A stretch of 64,000 nt of DNA from the human T2T-CHM13v2.0 reference genome, Homo sapiens (GCF_009914755.1 NC_060925.1), one strand, 5' to 3'. Shown: positions 27,026 to 41,690, numbered from the stretch's first letter. A program made the numbers and translations. Notes: generated from the letters alone by a model not told the origin.

Positions 27026-28559
27026 TGCCTCTCAGATGTCCCCTAAGATTGTCATCATCTTCCCTAAGCTACACCTCCTAGTCTTTCCCTAGTGGGTTAA
27101 GCACACTTGTCACGTCTGGCTGCTCAGGAAAACTCAACAGGGCCAAAGAAAACATCTCTGTTGAGAGATTCAGGGCTTATGCAAATATCCAGACTGCGAG
27201 GAAGGCCTGTGGTTTTCTTTTGTGCCCTGTTTGTAATAAATAAGCCACAGCAATATGCTTAGGTCGTTAACAGAGATAGATGAAGCCAACCAAACCATCA
27301 CTCTGCACTTGCCCAAATGGAATTGCTGTTCTGTTCATGAGGCTGCTCCATTTGTGGAGCAGGGTTGTGAAGGGATTCCATGGCCATTATGTGCTTCAAG
27401 AGAATGACCACACAGGGGAGGAGAAATGGGGTGTAGGAGAAGCCTCCAAAGGAATTTTTGGGGAAAGCCCTTACCAAAGAAGGAAAATGAGGGACTGGCT
27501 GGTACAGAGTCAAGTGTGTGATCTGCCTGCAAGTCTTTGTACCCCTGAGATATCAGTGTCCTCCTCTGTAAAATGGTCTTGGGGTGTCCACAGTGTTTTC
27601 TGATACACACTAATTCTGTGGTATGTTAAAAGGCATTAAAGGGTGAAAATAACTTCCTTTTTAAAACAAATGGGGAAATGTCTGTTTAGACAAGGTTTGC
27701 TGTTTTTGTTTTTGTGTGTTTTTTACTGCAGGATTTTTCAGGGCCTTTAAAGGCTACTATAATTATTAATCTCCCAGAGATGATAAACTTGAAAGCATTT
27801 CCCAACTTGATCACCAAAAGACTTTTCAAAGAGTCTATTATGGGATACAGTTTCCCAGGAGAGAGCTCAGGAGAATGCTACGCTATTTGCTGTCTGGGTG
27901 TGATTTGTCTGAAGGAAAGCTTGGCTGCCACTTCTTTTTGTAAAGAGATCTTGGGATGGAGTGGCAAAGCTGATTCATCTTATTGGGGGTTATAGAGAAG
28001 GACACACACAGATGTGCTTTTTTGGTTAAAAGTTCTTTGCACATCTGTGTCCCCAAAACTTCTCCACTTACTTGTTAGTACCTAAAATCCTGTCAGAGAC
28101 AAATTGACTTTACATTGTGCTTTGAGAAATAGAGTTTTTGCCTACACTGAACACACATTGCACCACACGTTTTACATAAATTTTATATGAATTATCTCAT
28201 TTCATTTTCACGGGACTCCCACAACAATGGTTGTGCATACTGTGTAGTAGATGACATTCATATTCTTGCCTGAAATACACACATTGTTGTTCCTATTGAA
28301 ATGGTAAATTGAGGTCTAAGGAGCTTAAGTATCAGGAAAGGTAATAAGCATAGGAACTGGTATATAAACCTAAGTCTCTTTCTATTGAAGTACCAAGGAT
28401 AATTTTAATTCTTCTCCAGTCAATTTTTTACTTTTTAAAATCAGGCTGACCTCAATAAGTAGTAATTTACAAATTTGAACCTTAGTACAAATTCAGAATT
28501 CAACTTTATCTTGGCCATTCAAAGAAAAATGAAGGTTGTTGAAGTATATGATAATTTTG

Positions 28560-29030
28560 ATTAATTATCTATTTCTGCATAATAAACCACCTGAAAACTT
28601 AGAGGCTTGAAATGATTTATTTTCCCATAGTACTTCTAATAATCTCACTTGGGGTCGTTCATATGGCAGCAGTCACCTGATGGTTCAGTTGCAGCCAGGA
28701 GGCCTAGCACAGCCTTGCTCTCATAACTGATGATGGTTGCTGGCACACAACAGGAACCTCCCCCCATCCCTAGACCCCAGTACCCAGCAGACAACTGTGG
28801 GATTCTTCACATGATGATGACAACATGCTCGGGCTTCTTGAGACTTAGACTTATAGACTCTTACACCATCACTTCCCCTAAATTCTGTTACTAAAAGCAA
28901 GTCACAAATCCAGTTCAGATATAAGGGGCAGGAAATAGATTCTCATTCTTGATGGTAGGAACAACGAAATCATACTGCAGAGGGCCTACAGACATGAATT
29001 ATTGCTGTAATCTTTGCAAACACTTGACCA
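28560..29030 (-). mobile_element. Old MLT1 (I/J-like) LTR
   Basis: tatttctgcataataaaccacctgaaaacttagaggcttg ... aaagcaagtcacaaatccagttcagatataagggg. Confidence 0.55.
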
Positions 29031-31149
29031 CCATTTTAGCAGACACCTCGTAGAACATCCGTTTAGTCAATGTTCCATTTTCTGGGAATCTATCTTCCAT
29101 TTTCTGGGAGTCTACCTCCTTGTTAATGCAATAGAGTTAATCCTAGTCCCCTAGTAAGAGCTAATTAGACAAGAGATAGACCCCTACCTCAGAAGGGGTC
29201 AATGCATTGCCAGAATTGATTCAACCAGATTATTTCCTAAGAATTTTAAATTCTGAAGCAAAGAAATAAGTTAGCGAATCAATAGTACTGAAATCAAAAA
29301 CCATTAGATGCAGCCATTTTTTCTCCAAAAGATATCCAATTCATTTGTTCATTGAAAAATATTTAGCCATATCCATTATGTGCTTGGCACTGTAATAGGC
29401 ACTTGGCTCACTCAACTGAGAAAGAATAATAAAAGCATATGCACAAGGATAAGAGACTAAACTCCATACGTTTCCAAAGAGACAGAGGCTCTGGTTCCAG
29501 AACCTGATGATGTCTGGTTATTTATCCTTCCCTTGTTTGCTCCAAATTGCCTCTGGAACTGAACAATAAAAACGCTTATTTTCCTTAAGCTGGTAGAAAT
29601 GGCTTCTATTACTTGTATCTAAATGAGTCCGGATATAGTATTCTATTGAGAGAAACTGCCAATTACTTTCTGTATTGGCAGAGAGACTGTAACACTGAAC
29701 CTAACGGTCTGCTATACCTGGAACTTTTAAGAATTAGTACCTGGGTGGTATGGTCATTTGAATTTGTTGACAGCAGGACCTGAAACTGTCAGGCAGATTC
29801 TTCTTTATTTTTATACAGCAAGATGTTTCCAAATGTAGTAAATCTCTGACTTGCTTACTGGGCATAAAATGACTCAGGAGGAATAAGCCTATCTTTCTGA
29901 TAATACTTATTTATTCAGCTTTCCACTGATTATTCTTTGAGTGCTTATTGTGTGCCAGGCACCATTCTAGGCACTTAAAAAACATCAACAAACCAAATTG
30001 ACAAAAGTTCCTGTTCTTACAGAGCTTACAGGTTAGCACATTCTTCCCTAGTTATAAAGAAAATGAAAAAAATAAAAGCATAGATGTCATTTTTAATTCT
30101 CTTGGTCTGTTTAGAAAGAGATATTTTCTAAAATTAGTATTTTCTAGAATAGATATTTTCTTATTGAGAAATCCAATGGTCAATAACATTATCTAGTCCT
30201 TAAACATTGTAGAATGTACAAGTGCAGTAGAAAATGAAAAGGAGCAACAACAAAGATATTAAACAGGATCCAGTGATGTTGATATGCTAAATGTTTCTGT
30301 GAAATAATTCACTCATTCTCTTGCAAGATTGAGTGTATATTTCTGGCTGGAGAAATGCTGAGCTGCCCTCTGCATTGAGATAGAACTGGTGAGGTCAGGG
30401 GATAACAGATAATAGAGCAGAATTCAGAGCACTGTAATTCATCTATTGTATGAATGCTAAGAGCTTGATTTCATTCTCATTAGTCCTGGGTAGTCTATGT
30501 TTTTCCTCTGGCAAAGTATAATATTGTTAATACAGATTTCAATCAGTTGTTTCTTCTGTCTATTGGGAGAAAAAGTCTATTTAGCTTTTAAAGTATTTTT
30601 TAAAATTAAAACTCAAATATTTCTTGAGTTGCTTTTATACAGGAGAAGCTTTGACTTTTAAAAAAATGTGGCTTCTTTTATAATAGTCAAGCTGTTGCTT
30701 CTCAGATGGCTGGCTTTGAATTTCTACTCTAGGAGTTCAAACATTAATATATTTCCTAAATTATCTACATGCTAGCTAATATACTCACAAAATAATATTT
30801 ACTAAATCAATTTTCAAAACAAACTTTTACCCCAGAATGCTGCAAATGCCTCTACAACAGGGGAATATGGGAGAGGATAGATCTATGATACATAGGTAGA
30901 GATACAGAAATATATTGATAGAGATATAGCACTTTTGATACTCATACTGTATTTGCTATTGGAAATCATTATCCTCCTGGTGGACCCTGTGAAGGCTTAA
31001 TCAGAACAGTTGAAGTTGTGCCTATGTTTGATACCATTTCTTTTTGCTCAGCCCATAGAAACATGCCTGCACAGTTGGCCTGGTCCATTAAAGACATTAT
31101 ACAGAAAAAGGCTTCATGTACCAACTACTCTATAAAAAGAGAGGTGACC

Positions 31150-31290
31150 TAGCATAGAAACTGTGAATACAGGTCTTGAAGATAAACAGACAGGTTTCGA
31201 TTCAAGCTTGGTCACTTACTGGCCACGTGACCTTGAACAAATTGCTTAGCGTCTCTAAACCTTGAGCTTTCTCATCTATTATGAGGACAC
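31150..31290 (+). mobile_element. MIR relic
   Basis: ggtttcgattcaagcttggtcacttactggccacgtgaccttgaacaaattgctt. Confidence 0.6.
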
Positions 31291-31319
31291 CCTTATCCCA
31301 TCTAGTTCATATTCATATA

Positions 31320-31340
31320 TGTGTGTGTGTGTGTGTGTGT
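31320..31340. repeat. (GT)n microsatellite
   Basis: 10 GT units. Confidence 0.9.
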
Positions 31341-32208
31341 AAATAAAATAATACACAATGGCACCGAATAAGGCATTGTTATCACTACTGCAAGATGATA
31401 GAACAATAGTAGGGGTAAGGAAATATAAGCGAGTAGAACATAGATTTAGGGAATCTCAAAGCAGAAACAAACCTTACCAATAAGTAAGATCTTCTATGTT
31501 TTTCATTTTATAAACCCTGAGTCAGAGGCCCAGGGAAGTTAAGTGACTCACCGTGAGTGACCAAGCAAGCTGACAGAGCCAAGAGTTATACAATGAGAGG
31601 TAAGATGCTTTGTAACTGTTCTTTTCTTTCCTTTTCTCTCTCATAATAAGAAGGCAATGTCTGTGATCATTATAGTCATATTACCTGAGTAGCTTTAGCA
31701 GTAACTTCAATCCAAGGAGTTACCTGGGACTCCACCACTTAAATGTAGATTTTTCAAAAAGAGGAAACTTTTGTATCATCAGGATAAAAGGGAGCCCAGT
31801 GCTTGAAGAACAGATTGTATCCCTGAGTCTATTAACTCTCTTTGTATGCTTCAAAAGAAAATTCTTTTGGGCAGATTAGAAGTTGGTATTGTAAAAGGTA
31901 ATAAATACATAAATTTTCATGCTCAACAGTCAGGGCTTGAGCAGGCTTGTCTACAATGCAGCCCACACCATCCAGAGCTTTCCCCCAGCTTCCCAGCTCT
32001 TGTGCACTACTCATGGCTCTGAGCAACAGAGGAGGGCAGCGCTCATTGTTCAAGATACAAATTCGTCAGCTGAGGGGGCTGTTCTAAGTGGAAATGTACA
32101 CTCTTCCCTCCTACCATATATCTCCCCTCTGAAGATGCCACATAGGATGTGAGGAGCTTGGAGGGCGGTGGCGGAAGAAGCCACTTGCACTGCATTATGT
32201 GGGCACTT

Positions 32209-32227
32209 GACGCTCCCTGCTGGACCA
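32209..32227 (-). promoter_or_regulatory. Candidate CTCF motif
   Basis: Minus strand tggtccagcagggagcgtc resembles the CTCF core CCASYAGRKGGCRS; motif match only. Confidence 0.35.
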
Positions 32228-34099
32228 TGATGCTGAGCTCCCTGGGCTGAGGCATCTGTACCTTATAAATAGATCCTTTAAGAATCTGCATCTATAACTT
32301 TCCCAGGTGATGCTGCCCTGCTAACTTGGAAAGTAACAGTGATACAGAAATAATAATTGGAATAGCAGCTAGAAATGCCATAGTGATCAGCTATTTAGTT
32401 CCATGGGCATGTTCTTTCATGGCCTCTGACAGGGAAATGTTTATTTAGTTTCTTCTAGATTGCTAGGCCAGGTTATTTTCAGAGGGAATTCAAAAAAGAA
32501 AATATTTTTTTAGTAAGATAAAAGCTAATTGCTTATAATTAAGTTCAATAAAGACCTCCATAATTTATTAAAACTTATTTATTCTATTTAAGGTCTTTAA
32601 TGTTTTATACATGCCTGCTGAATGAAACAACAGAAGGCTATTTTACAAAGTAAGATTCAAATAACTAGGGAATGATTTGTGCTTTCTAAGCCCTAAGTTT
32701 TCAGTCTGGGTTCTTGGAAAAGGAAGAAAATGAATGTAGATTATTTGTTTCTGGAACAACACATTTTATTTGTCTTCATTCTTGCCTTGAAAAATATTCA
32801 TGAGTTTAAGTTGCAGAGGCCAAATGATGCTTCTTAAATATTATTCATAATATTCTGAGCTGAAACATAATGAGACAGGATATATTTGAATGTGTGCCCT
32901 GATCCCACCCACATTGACTAACATCATCTCCTGAAACGGAATAGCTGTGAATGGCCATAGACAGATTTCTTGTTGGTCCTATTCTCCCCTTTACTTTGTC
33001 CCTATGTTCCCCTTACCACTTAGAATACCTTAGCTAAAGCACTTTTATTTGCGGTCAGTTGAGCCTTTTGTGACTCAGTTTGTAGCCAGGGGCAGGTATA
33101 TTTTCTTACTGCCATTTCCTATTGATGTATAAAATTAAGGTAACTTGTTATCTTTAAATCTCAAGCCTGGATATTCTTGTTAGTGCTGTGGATCATGGAG
33201 TAGCTAAGGAGACAAAGCACTCCCACCCCTCTGGATAAGAATCAACAACCTCTTCTCCAATCTGTTTTGTTACATGCGTTGCCATGGTGTTGGAAGGCAG
33301 TGGCCTAGATAAAGCATTGCAGTACTGTGGTTCAGAGAAAAGCTTTGTGGAATATCTTCTCTCTCAGTCAGCCTTAGACTTAGCTAGAGTCTTCATCTAA
33401 CTTCTGTGATCTGATGGATGCAGTATCTACGTCATCAATAGAGTCTTCTACAATGATCTTTGCTTAAGTTCTTCTAAAAAGTTCTTATAATGATCTTCTA
33501 AAAAGATCATTAAGTCTCCTTAATGATCTTTGCTGTCTTTACATTTCCGAAGGTCCCCAAAGTGCCTTTATGCCTATCTTTCTGTTTCTCTCTTCTCTGT
33601 TTCTCCCCTCTTTCCCTCCTCTCTTTCTTTCTCTCTGTCTTTTACACTTATTTATTGAGTACCACGTACAGTACTGTGCGACAGGGGACTGCTTCCTCGT
33701 AACACGACCCTGTTACAAGATATTATTTTTCCCTTCTTAACACATATTGCCCCTGAAGCTTTGGGCAGTTGAGTGCTTTAGTGCTGTAATAGGGTTACAC
33801 TGCCTGGAAGTTTTGCAGAGCCAGGTTTCAAGTCAAGTTCTCTCTGACATCAGAGCCGCTGCACTTTTCATCATATCCAGAACTTTCAGGTCTAAAGTGA
33901 TCCGCTGGCTGCAGGTACCCCTAAGGCTCTCCAAGTAGCTGACTTGTTACTAATTTGTAGATCTCAGGATCTCCTTATTGGTGAGGGAATTAATAGTAAA
34001 ATCTAAAAAGAACAATTACCTGAGGTGGCTGAGGGGATCCTATAGGAATCGACTGCTTGCACCTAAAAGCAGAGTGTGTAATTCAACTCTGCAGCAAAT

Positions 34100-34460
34100 C
34101 ATCTTAATTTTATAAGACTTACTCAGAGAATGCTAATTAAAAATTCAGATTCTTGATCCTGTAGCCTGTCTTTATGATTTACTAGAACAGAAATGGAGCC
34201 CAGGAATCTGAATTTTTAGCAGTTTCCCTGGGTGATCCTATGCAAGTGTTCTGGGGACCATACTTTAGTATGCACTGCTGGAAGGCAGTGTTATCAAAGT
34301 GGAGAAGATTGAAATAGCCTGGGAAGCTTTCAAATAATATAGATTTCCAAGCCTTACCCCGCACCAATGGAATTAGAATCTTTGCAACAGGCAAAGATGG
34401 ACCCTGAGATTCTGTACTTTTTTAAAGTTCCCCAGGTGATTTTGAAATAACCAGTCTTAT
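34100..34460. mobile_element. Two adjacent MER5-family MITE relics
   Basis: gcccaggaatctgaatttttagcagtttccctgggtgatcct and aagttccccaggtgattttga. Confidence 0.55.
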
Positions 34461-34712
34461 CACTATCATTTGGTAAATGTTTTCAACTACTTTCCCATCC
34501 ATATGTCATTAGCGTCAGACTCTTGGTTCTATATCTGCAATCCTGATACCTCCTTCCAGGCCTTTGACTGTACCACCTCTTCCCCTTCTCCCCCGCTCCT
34601 CTTTCTAAGGGGTTAGAATACACTTAAAGCCAGACTGCCATTTTGAAAAAATATTCCCCTAGGAGACAAGCACATTTCAAGCACCATTCTGAGCTGAATT
34701 CTTGATTTCACC

Positions 34713-34740
34713 ATAATAATAATAATAATAATAATAATAA
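34713..34740. repeat. (AAT)n microsatellite
   Basis: ~9 perfect units. Confidence 0.9.
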
Positions 34741-35913
34741 GCTGTTTTAAAATGATGAAAAAACATGGTTTAGTGAAACTATTGAGAATTCCATAAAATT
34801 TATCCTACATGACTAAGCAGTAGCAGCCTTTTGTATTCAGTTTAACCCACATGGAAAATGTTAAATCACCATATTAACAACACAATCTAGCAGTTAAATA
34901 GCATGACAGTTACCATGGAAATGTGCCAAACACAGGTGGGCTGGCAATGTGTGTAGGGGGTTTTGGAGGGGGGATGCATTGTAGATTAGAACTGCTATGC
35001 CTGTTTTTATATTTAAATTACTTATACAGTCAACGGATTTTAAAGAAATGCAGCTGGACTTTCTAAATTATGATCTTCCGCCTCTTTACCTTGTCACACT
35101 GTTAGAGGGAATTATTTAATTGCTATAAACGCAAACTTTTTCTTTTGGTGAAAACGTGGTTATTTCTTCCTTCAGCTAGAATCTCTGATTCTCTTAATAC
35201 ACACACTTCTGGGTGTAGTAGTAATAATAATAATAATTATCAAAAATGTAAAATCCAAGTGCATTCTATATCCTGCAAGACACTAGATAAATGGAAGCTT
35301 ACCTACCTCTCTGATGTCGCCTTGTACAGCCACTTGTTTTATCCTTATCATAACCCTATGATATAGATCCTATTCTTATTTTTTCCTGTTTCATAGATAA
35401 ATAGAAAACTTAGTAGAATAAGAGCTAGAAAGCAAGCCTAGCCTTTTGGATGCCAAAGCCTATAACACTGTACTGCCTCATGACCAAAGATCTTACAGAT
35501 TTAAACAGCAACAATGAAACCGATTGTTAAACTTGTTAAAGGAGACTTGCTACCCACACATTTAGATTCTTTACCCACACTGGTTTGGCCAACTCCTGGT
35601 GGCACATTTGTGAGTCTGCATCATAATCACTCATGGAGATTATTAAAAATAACAGTGCCTGGCTCTACCCCAGACCCGTGGAATCAGATTTCCAGGGGTG
35701 AGTTGTGAGGAGATACAGAGCTCAAGTAAAGGTAGTCTTAAGGCATTCTAGGTTATTCTGATGCACATGGGTTGAGAATGACTGTTGAATTATAAAATAG
35801 CTTATTTTACACATGAGACATTTGTGATGTTTAGTGCTGTTATGGCAGGACTAAGAAAGAAGTTTCATAAAGTCACTTCCATGTTTAATTTGTCTTTTTA
35901 TCATCAGTGCCTA

Positions 35914-36278
<365 letters not shown>

Positions 36279-38059
36279 TCATATTAACAATTAATATTCA
36301 AAATAATGATAGTAAATACTGAGTTAAACTGATTTATCTGGATTAGACATTGTGAAAATTATGCATATTATCTTGTTTAATCTTGCAAGCAACCTATGGA
36401 GGTAGGTACCAAAATTACCTTGTGCATTTTTCAGATAAGGCAATTGAGGGTCACCCAGGCTAAGTTATTTGCACTCAGTCCCATATTAAATGTGTAAAGC
36501 AGATGTTCTTCTTATTTTAACTCTAGTCTTAACCTCTACACAGTATTTCTTCTCAAAGATATTTATCTAATGCTTTTGGAAGGAAGGAACTGGCAATAAG
36601 GAAAGAAAGAAGAAATAACAGATGAATGCAAGGAAGAAAGAGAGGAAGTGAGAGAGGGAGGTGAACCATAATGGAGGGAAAAGGAAGGGAAGGTGGAGGT
36701 AAGAAGAGTATTTGTGCTATGAAAAGAGAAATACAAGTCAACCCTGAAGTCAACTCACACCTGCTTTTCTTCAGAAACTGAGACTGTGTTGTCACTTGCC
36801 AGCAATACGTCTTATGTCTGTCACCTGTGGGGCTCCTGTCTTCCAGGAGTTATTGAAATGGCCATCTCTTCTCTCCCAAAGGAAAAGTGCCAATATGGGA
36901 CAGTGATATTCAAGTACATTCTTAGGTTATGGTGTTTGGGGGATAGAATTTTTGGTATACTGAACAAAGGGATTAAAAAGGTCAGTTTTATGTAGGGACT
37001 TTCTTTGCTGGGGAGGGAAGGTCTCATCCCCAAGAATTATTTCTTTATTTTCCCTTCCCAGAGTTTTTACATGGAAGTATGAAATATTACCTTCCTACTA
37101 TATAATTAATAGAAAAAATAAACAGAGCCCAGATTATACTATTATGATAAGGTGTAGGGGAATGGGAAAAGGATTCAGCCAAGTGCCCCAGATTTTAGGT
37201 TTTACTCTGAGTTTTCTTTCTCCGGTTTTATCTTCTATTGTCTCTTCTCATCACTGGAGTGATAATGTTTAGAGGCCCAAGATTAGGCTGTGTTTCTGGG
37301 GTAAGGTAGCAAGGGGCCACAGTCTTCCTTTGATCTGGGCCTCTCATATCTGCCCACTGTAAGCCAAAGTTGTTCCTGTTTAGCTCAACAGTGCTGTAGT
37401 TTTCATACAGGGTCAGAGACCAATGTCCCACAGGGTAATAAAATGCTTGCATTTGGTTGGAGTGTACCTTCTATGTATCTTATGCTGGGATCTGAATGAG
37501 CAACATATGGCTATTCAAAAAATTCATGGATCCTGGGTCCTAGTCAAATGTCACCTCTTCATGAATAACAGAGCCCTCCTTTCTCAGAGCCCGCAGTGAA
37601 GAGAGTACTACTTAACTTAGCAGTTCCTAACACCAGTGAATACCAAAGTCTCCTGTCACTAAAGAACAATTTCTTTTGTAAGGGTTGTAGCAGGTTTCCA
37701 GGCAGGGCTTCACCTGCTTGAATTGGGAAACCTTTTCCAAGCCCCAAGTCTCTCACATTGTGAAAAATGCTGCTTCTATTTTTCTTTAATTAAAAAAAAA
37801 AAAACAGAGCAGAAAAGTACATTGTATGAGAGCACAACCTTCAGTCAGACACACCCAGGTTTCATTCATGAAAATTACTCAATATGAATTTGGATTTTCT
37901 GTAAATCTATTTCCTTATCTCTATATCATGGATAATAACAATGACCATATAGGTATTTTGTTATGATTAAATGCAACACTCTTGCATTGGTCTTTGTTTA
38001 TTTTATATTGTGTTCTTTCCCCCAAGTCTCACATCTTTGGCCTCAAAGGTATTAAAATG

Positions 38060-38462
38060 ATGCAGGTCATGTTCTCTGGGAAGCCAACCCTGAGATGTAG
38101 TTTAGTGTGCAGTACGTTCAGATGGGAGAGTTCTTGGGACCAAGTCCCATGAAAGAAAAGGAAGGAAGTAGGACTGAGCAAAGGAGAAGGCTGAGCGGTC
38201 TTAGCTGATCCCACAGGAAGATCTGATCTGAATTGACTGTCAGAATTATCCTGTATTAGGCCAAAATGACTATGCATTTTTACCTGTGCCTCAACAGTCA
38301 TTGGATGTTGCTGCCTGAGGAGCCCATTACCTTAGATGAAGTGGCTCTCTGTAGCTGAGGCAACTGGCAGCTGGAATGTGCCTGGTGGCAGCACCCCCTA
38401 TAACTGAGCAACAAGTGCTCCTTGAAGAGGGTTTTGGGTGAGTCATCCCTGTGTCCCCCACA
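38060..38462 (-). mobile_element. Old ERVL-type LTR (LTR33-like)
   Basis: gttctctgggaagccaaccctgagatg...gaaggaagtaggactgagcaaaggagaaggctgag; similar sequence flanks the MLT1B at ~52160-52780. Confidence 0.45.
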
Positions 38463-38544
38463 CCATGCCCCTGACACATGATGCTTAATGATAACTAGCT
38501 TATGGTTTCCTATGTTCCAAGCAATGTGTCATAAATTTGGATAC

Positions 38545-38565
38545 ATCTATCTACCTATCTATCTG

Positions 38566-38615
<50 letters not shown>

Positions 38616-38634
38616 ATCTATCATCTATCCATCC
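38545..38634. repeat. Compound (TATC)n / GATA tetranucleotide STR
   Basis: Long run of tcta units with tacc/tgtc interruptions and a tcatcta tail. Confidence 0.95.
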
Positions 38635-38816
38635 TGAGCACGCATAACTAAATTGCCCAACATCAACCATCTGGTAAATGATAGTGTGGCCTTTAAAGCA
38701 ACACAATCTAGCTGCAGTGCTCCTACTCTTAAACTCTGCTCTACTCCATCTTGCAGTGACCTGGGTATTTAAAGAGATCTGCTGGTCCTATCAGACATAG
38801 CTGTGTGTTTCTAGTA

Positions 38817-39001
38817 CAGTGGTTCTCAAACTTTGATCCCCAGGTTAGCATCATCAGCATCAGCGGAAATTTGTTAGAAATGTGAATCTTCTGGCCTTAC
38901 CTAGACCCAGAATCAGATACTTTCAGAGCAAGACTCACAATCTATGTTTTGATAGGTCCTCTAAGGGAGTCTGCTGCACCCTCAACCTTGAGAAACATTG
39001 C
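38817..39001. mobile_element. MER5A-like MITE
   Basis: cagtggttctcaaactt ... ttgagaaacattg terminal inverted repeats. Confidence 0.75.
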
Positions 39002-39389
39002 AATAATATATAGGGACAACAACAGCAAAAATAACCTAGCACATTCTAAGGGTCTTTCTATTCAGTCTTCTTTTCAGCTACCCTCTCCCTTACCTCTCCC
39101 ATGGAACTCTGATCCTTCCTGGCCAATGGTTCCAGCTGCTGAAGTCTTCCCCTGCTGGATTTCACATTAGAAATGGACAACTCTTTATTCCATCATGTTG
39201 CCATCACTCCCTCTTAGCCTCAAGGATGGTGTTCCATTAGTTTTTTTATTTATAATTTGATGTTGCCCCAAGGCAAGAGTGGCAACCCAAACCATGTATG
39301 TTGGTTTTGTTGGCAGGCCAAAGAGCACTGAGTTGAAATCTCAGGCCCATGACTAACTAAAAGTATGTCCTTGACCAATCTCAAATTGA

Positions 39390-39700
<311 letters not shown>

Positions 39701-40087
39701 TTGTTTCAATGTTTTTATCTGCAAAACTGGGAGTAAAAATACCTGCCTCAGAGGGCTGCTTTGCATATTTAATTAGATCATTAATCTCTATATTCCCCGA
39801 GTTTCTAACACATAAAATATGCTCTATGAGAGACTTGTTTAAAACTTACATGGAAGACCCTTTCCCTCTTCCTGCTGAGATATCTTTGAAAAGCCAACTG
39901 GACTTAAGAATTAGCACCATTTAAATATATGATATATTCATTCTAAGTACAGCATTCTACTCATTTATCATTCTTAACCTCACCAAGAAAAGCATTTATT
40001 AAAATATTTTACATTTTTTCTAAAGAAAGTCCGAGTAAAATGCCAGAAACATACTCAAGTGGATTTGTTCAATCTGAATATATGTGT

Positions 40088-40089
<2 letters not shown>

Positions 40090-40126
<37 letters not shown>
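40090..40126. repeat. (CA)n microsatellite
   Basis: ~18 perfect CA units. Confidence 0.95.
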
Positions 40127-40127
<1 letters not shown>

Positions 40128-40170
40128 TTAAGCAGTTGTAAAAAACCTTCATATAATCATGTTATGAGTC

Positions 40171-40857
40171 TGTAGAAACAGAAAGGTATGATACTTTTCC
40201 TCATCTATCATAAGGGTCACAACTAACACTCCTATAACAAAAGACATGTTAACAAGAGAAAAGCATGACTAATTTATTTCATCAAAGTTCCATATGGCAT
40301 TAACGAAAAGCCAAAGACCCAGGGGAAAATGTCTATTTTTATGCTTTGATTCAATGAAGAATGGATAGCCATGTAGAAAGGTGACTGGACCAAAAGGGTA
40401 TGACCTAATGATAACAGACTGGGGTGGGGAACCCAGAAGACCTCTTCATTTATGTTCTCCTTGGCCTCTCTGTGCCACATTCCTTCCTCCTGGGTATAGG
40501 GTAGGAGCCCTCTGGAATGAAGGTCTTATGACCTATGGTCAGACAAGTTAGGTCAGAGAGTTTCTTTGTGGCCATCTACACAGAGAGATGGGGAAAGGTT
40601 AAAATTATATTTCTATGTTTTATGCCTTGCTTTAGGAGAAAGGGGTTCTAGTTTCTATGATCCACCTTGGAAAGGAGAAATTCTGGTTTCTATGACTTGC
40701 TTCTGGGGAGAAAAGGGGGCAGGAGACAGGAAGGCAGGAAAAGATCAGAGACACTTTGCTTCTGAGGCTGCTTCTGATACTTTCCAGCCTCCTTTAGTTC
40801 AAAGTACTCAGCATGCCAAAGCATCATACTTTAGGATGGTACTTTTTGACCCTAAAA
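40171..40857 (-). mobile_element. ERV1-class solo LTR (MER31/MER67-like)
   Basis: cataagggtcacaactaacactcctataacaaaagacatgttaacaagagaaaagc ... tttgcttctgaggctgcttctga...aaagtactcagcatgccaaagc. Confidence 0.65.
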
Positions 40858-41509
40858 AGTCCAATATCAATTATATGAGTTAAATATAGACTTTTCCATT
40901 TTAGTGATGACAAACCACCATTGATAGTGGTTTAACTATCTTCCCAATATTATGCAGTTAACAAAGGGCAGAACCAGAATTGGAGCTCAGAATCCCAGTA
41001 TAGTTTTCTTTCCATTATACATCGCTATCTCAAAGAATTCTGATTAGCTCTTAAATTAATTTTTTTTAAACTGAGAAAGATATCTAGGTGTTGATGATAG
41101 ATAAGGACAGTACCCAGATAATGACATTCACCTTTTCTAATCAGAGCATTACTGAAGATTTCTCTTTGGATAGATGTTGGGAACCTTGCAGAGGAAAATT
41201 TTGTGATCAGCAGGGCCCAAAAATCCTGTAATGTGAAAGAAGCTGGAAAGTTATTAAAATACCAAGGGATTATGATTTAAACCTAACCTAAGGAGCCTGT
41301 GAAAGGAGAGAAGAATGAATATCTCCTGGAGTGAGGCCCATTAACAACTTATGAAGCGCTAACTGTGGAATAGGACACAGTTAGGAACTAAGAGCTTTCT
41401 AGAGGTTGACCTTGAAAACCCAACCAGTCTCCACAGGGGTCTTGATCTACAGAAGTCCTGGCTGAGCTGCAGTTTCCTAGGCATTAACTCACATAAGAGT
41501 GACCAGAGC

Positions 41510-41690
41510 AGTAGTAGTTCTTAACCTTGGCTGCATGTTAGGATCATCTGGGGAGATTTTTAAAATTCTGATGCCCGGGCCACACCTAGACTAATTAAAT
41601 CAGGATTGCTAAAGGTGGGACGCAGTCATTAATATTTTTTAAAACTCCTTATGTGATGATAGTGCAAAACTCAAGTAGAGAACCACTCTT
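41510..41690. mobile_element. MER5-family MITE
   Basis: gtagttcttaaccttggctgcatgttaggatcatctgggga ... gagaaccact. Confidence 0.7.
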
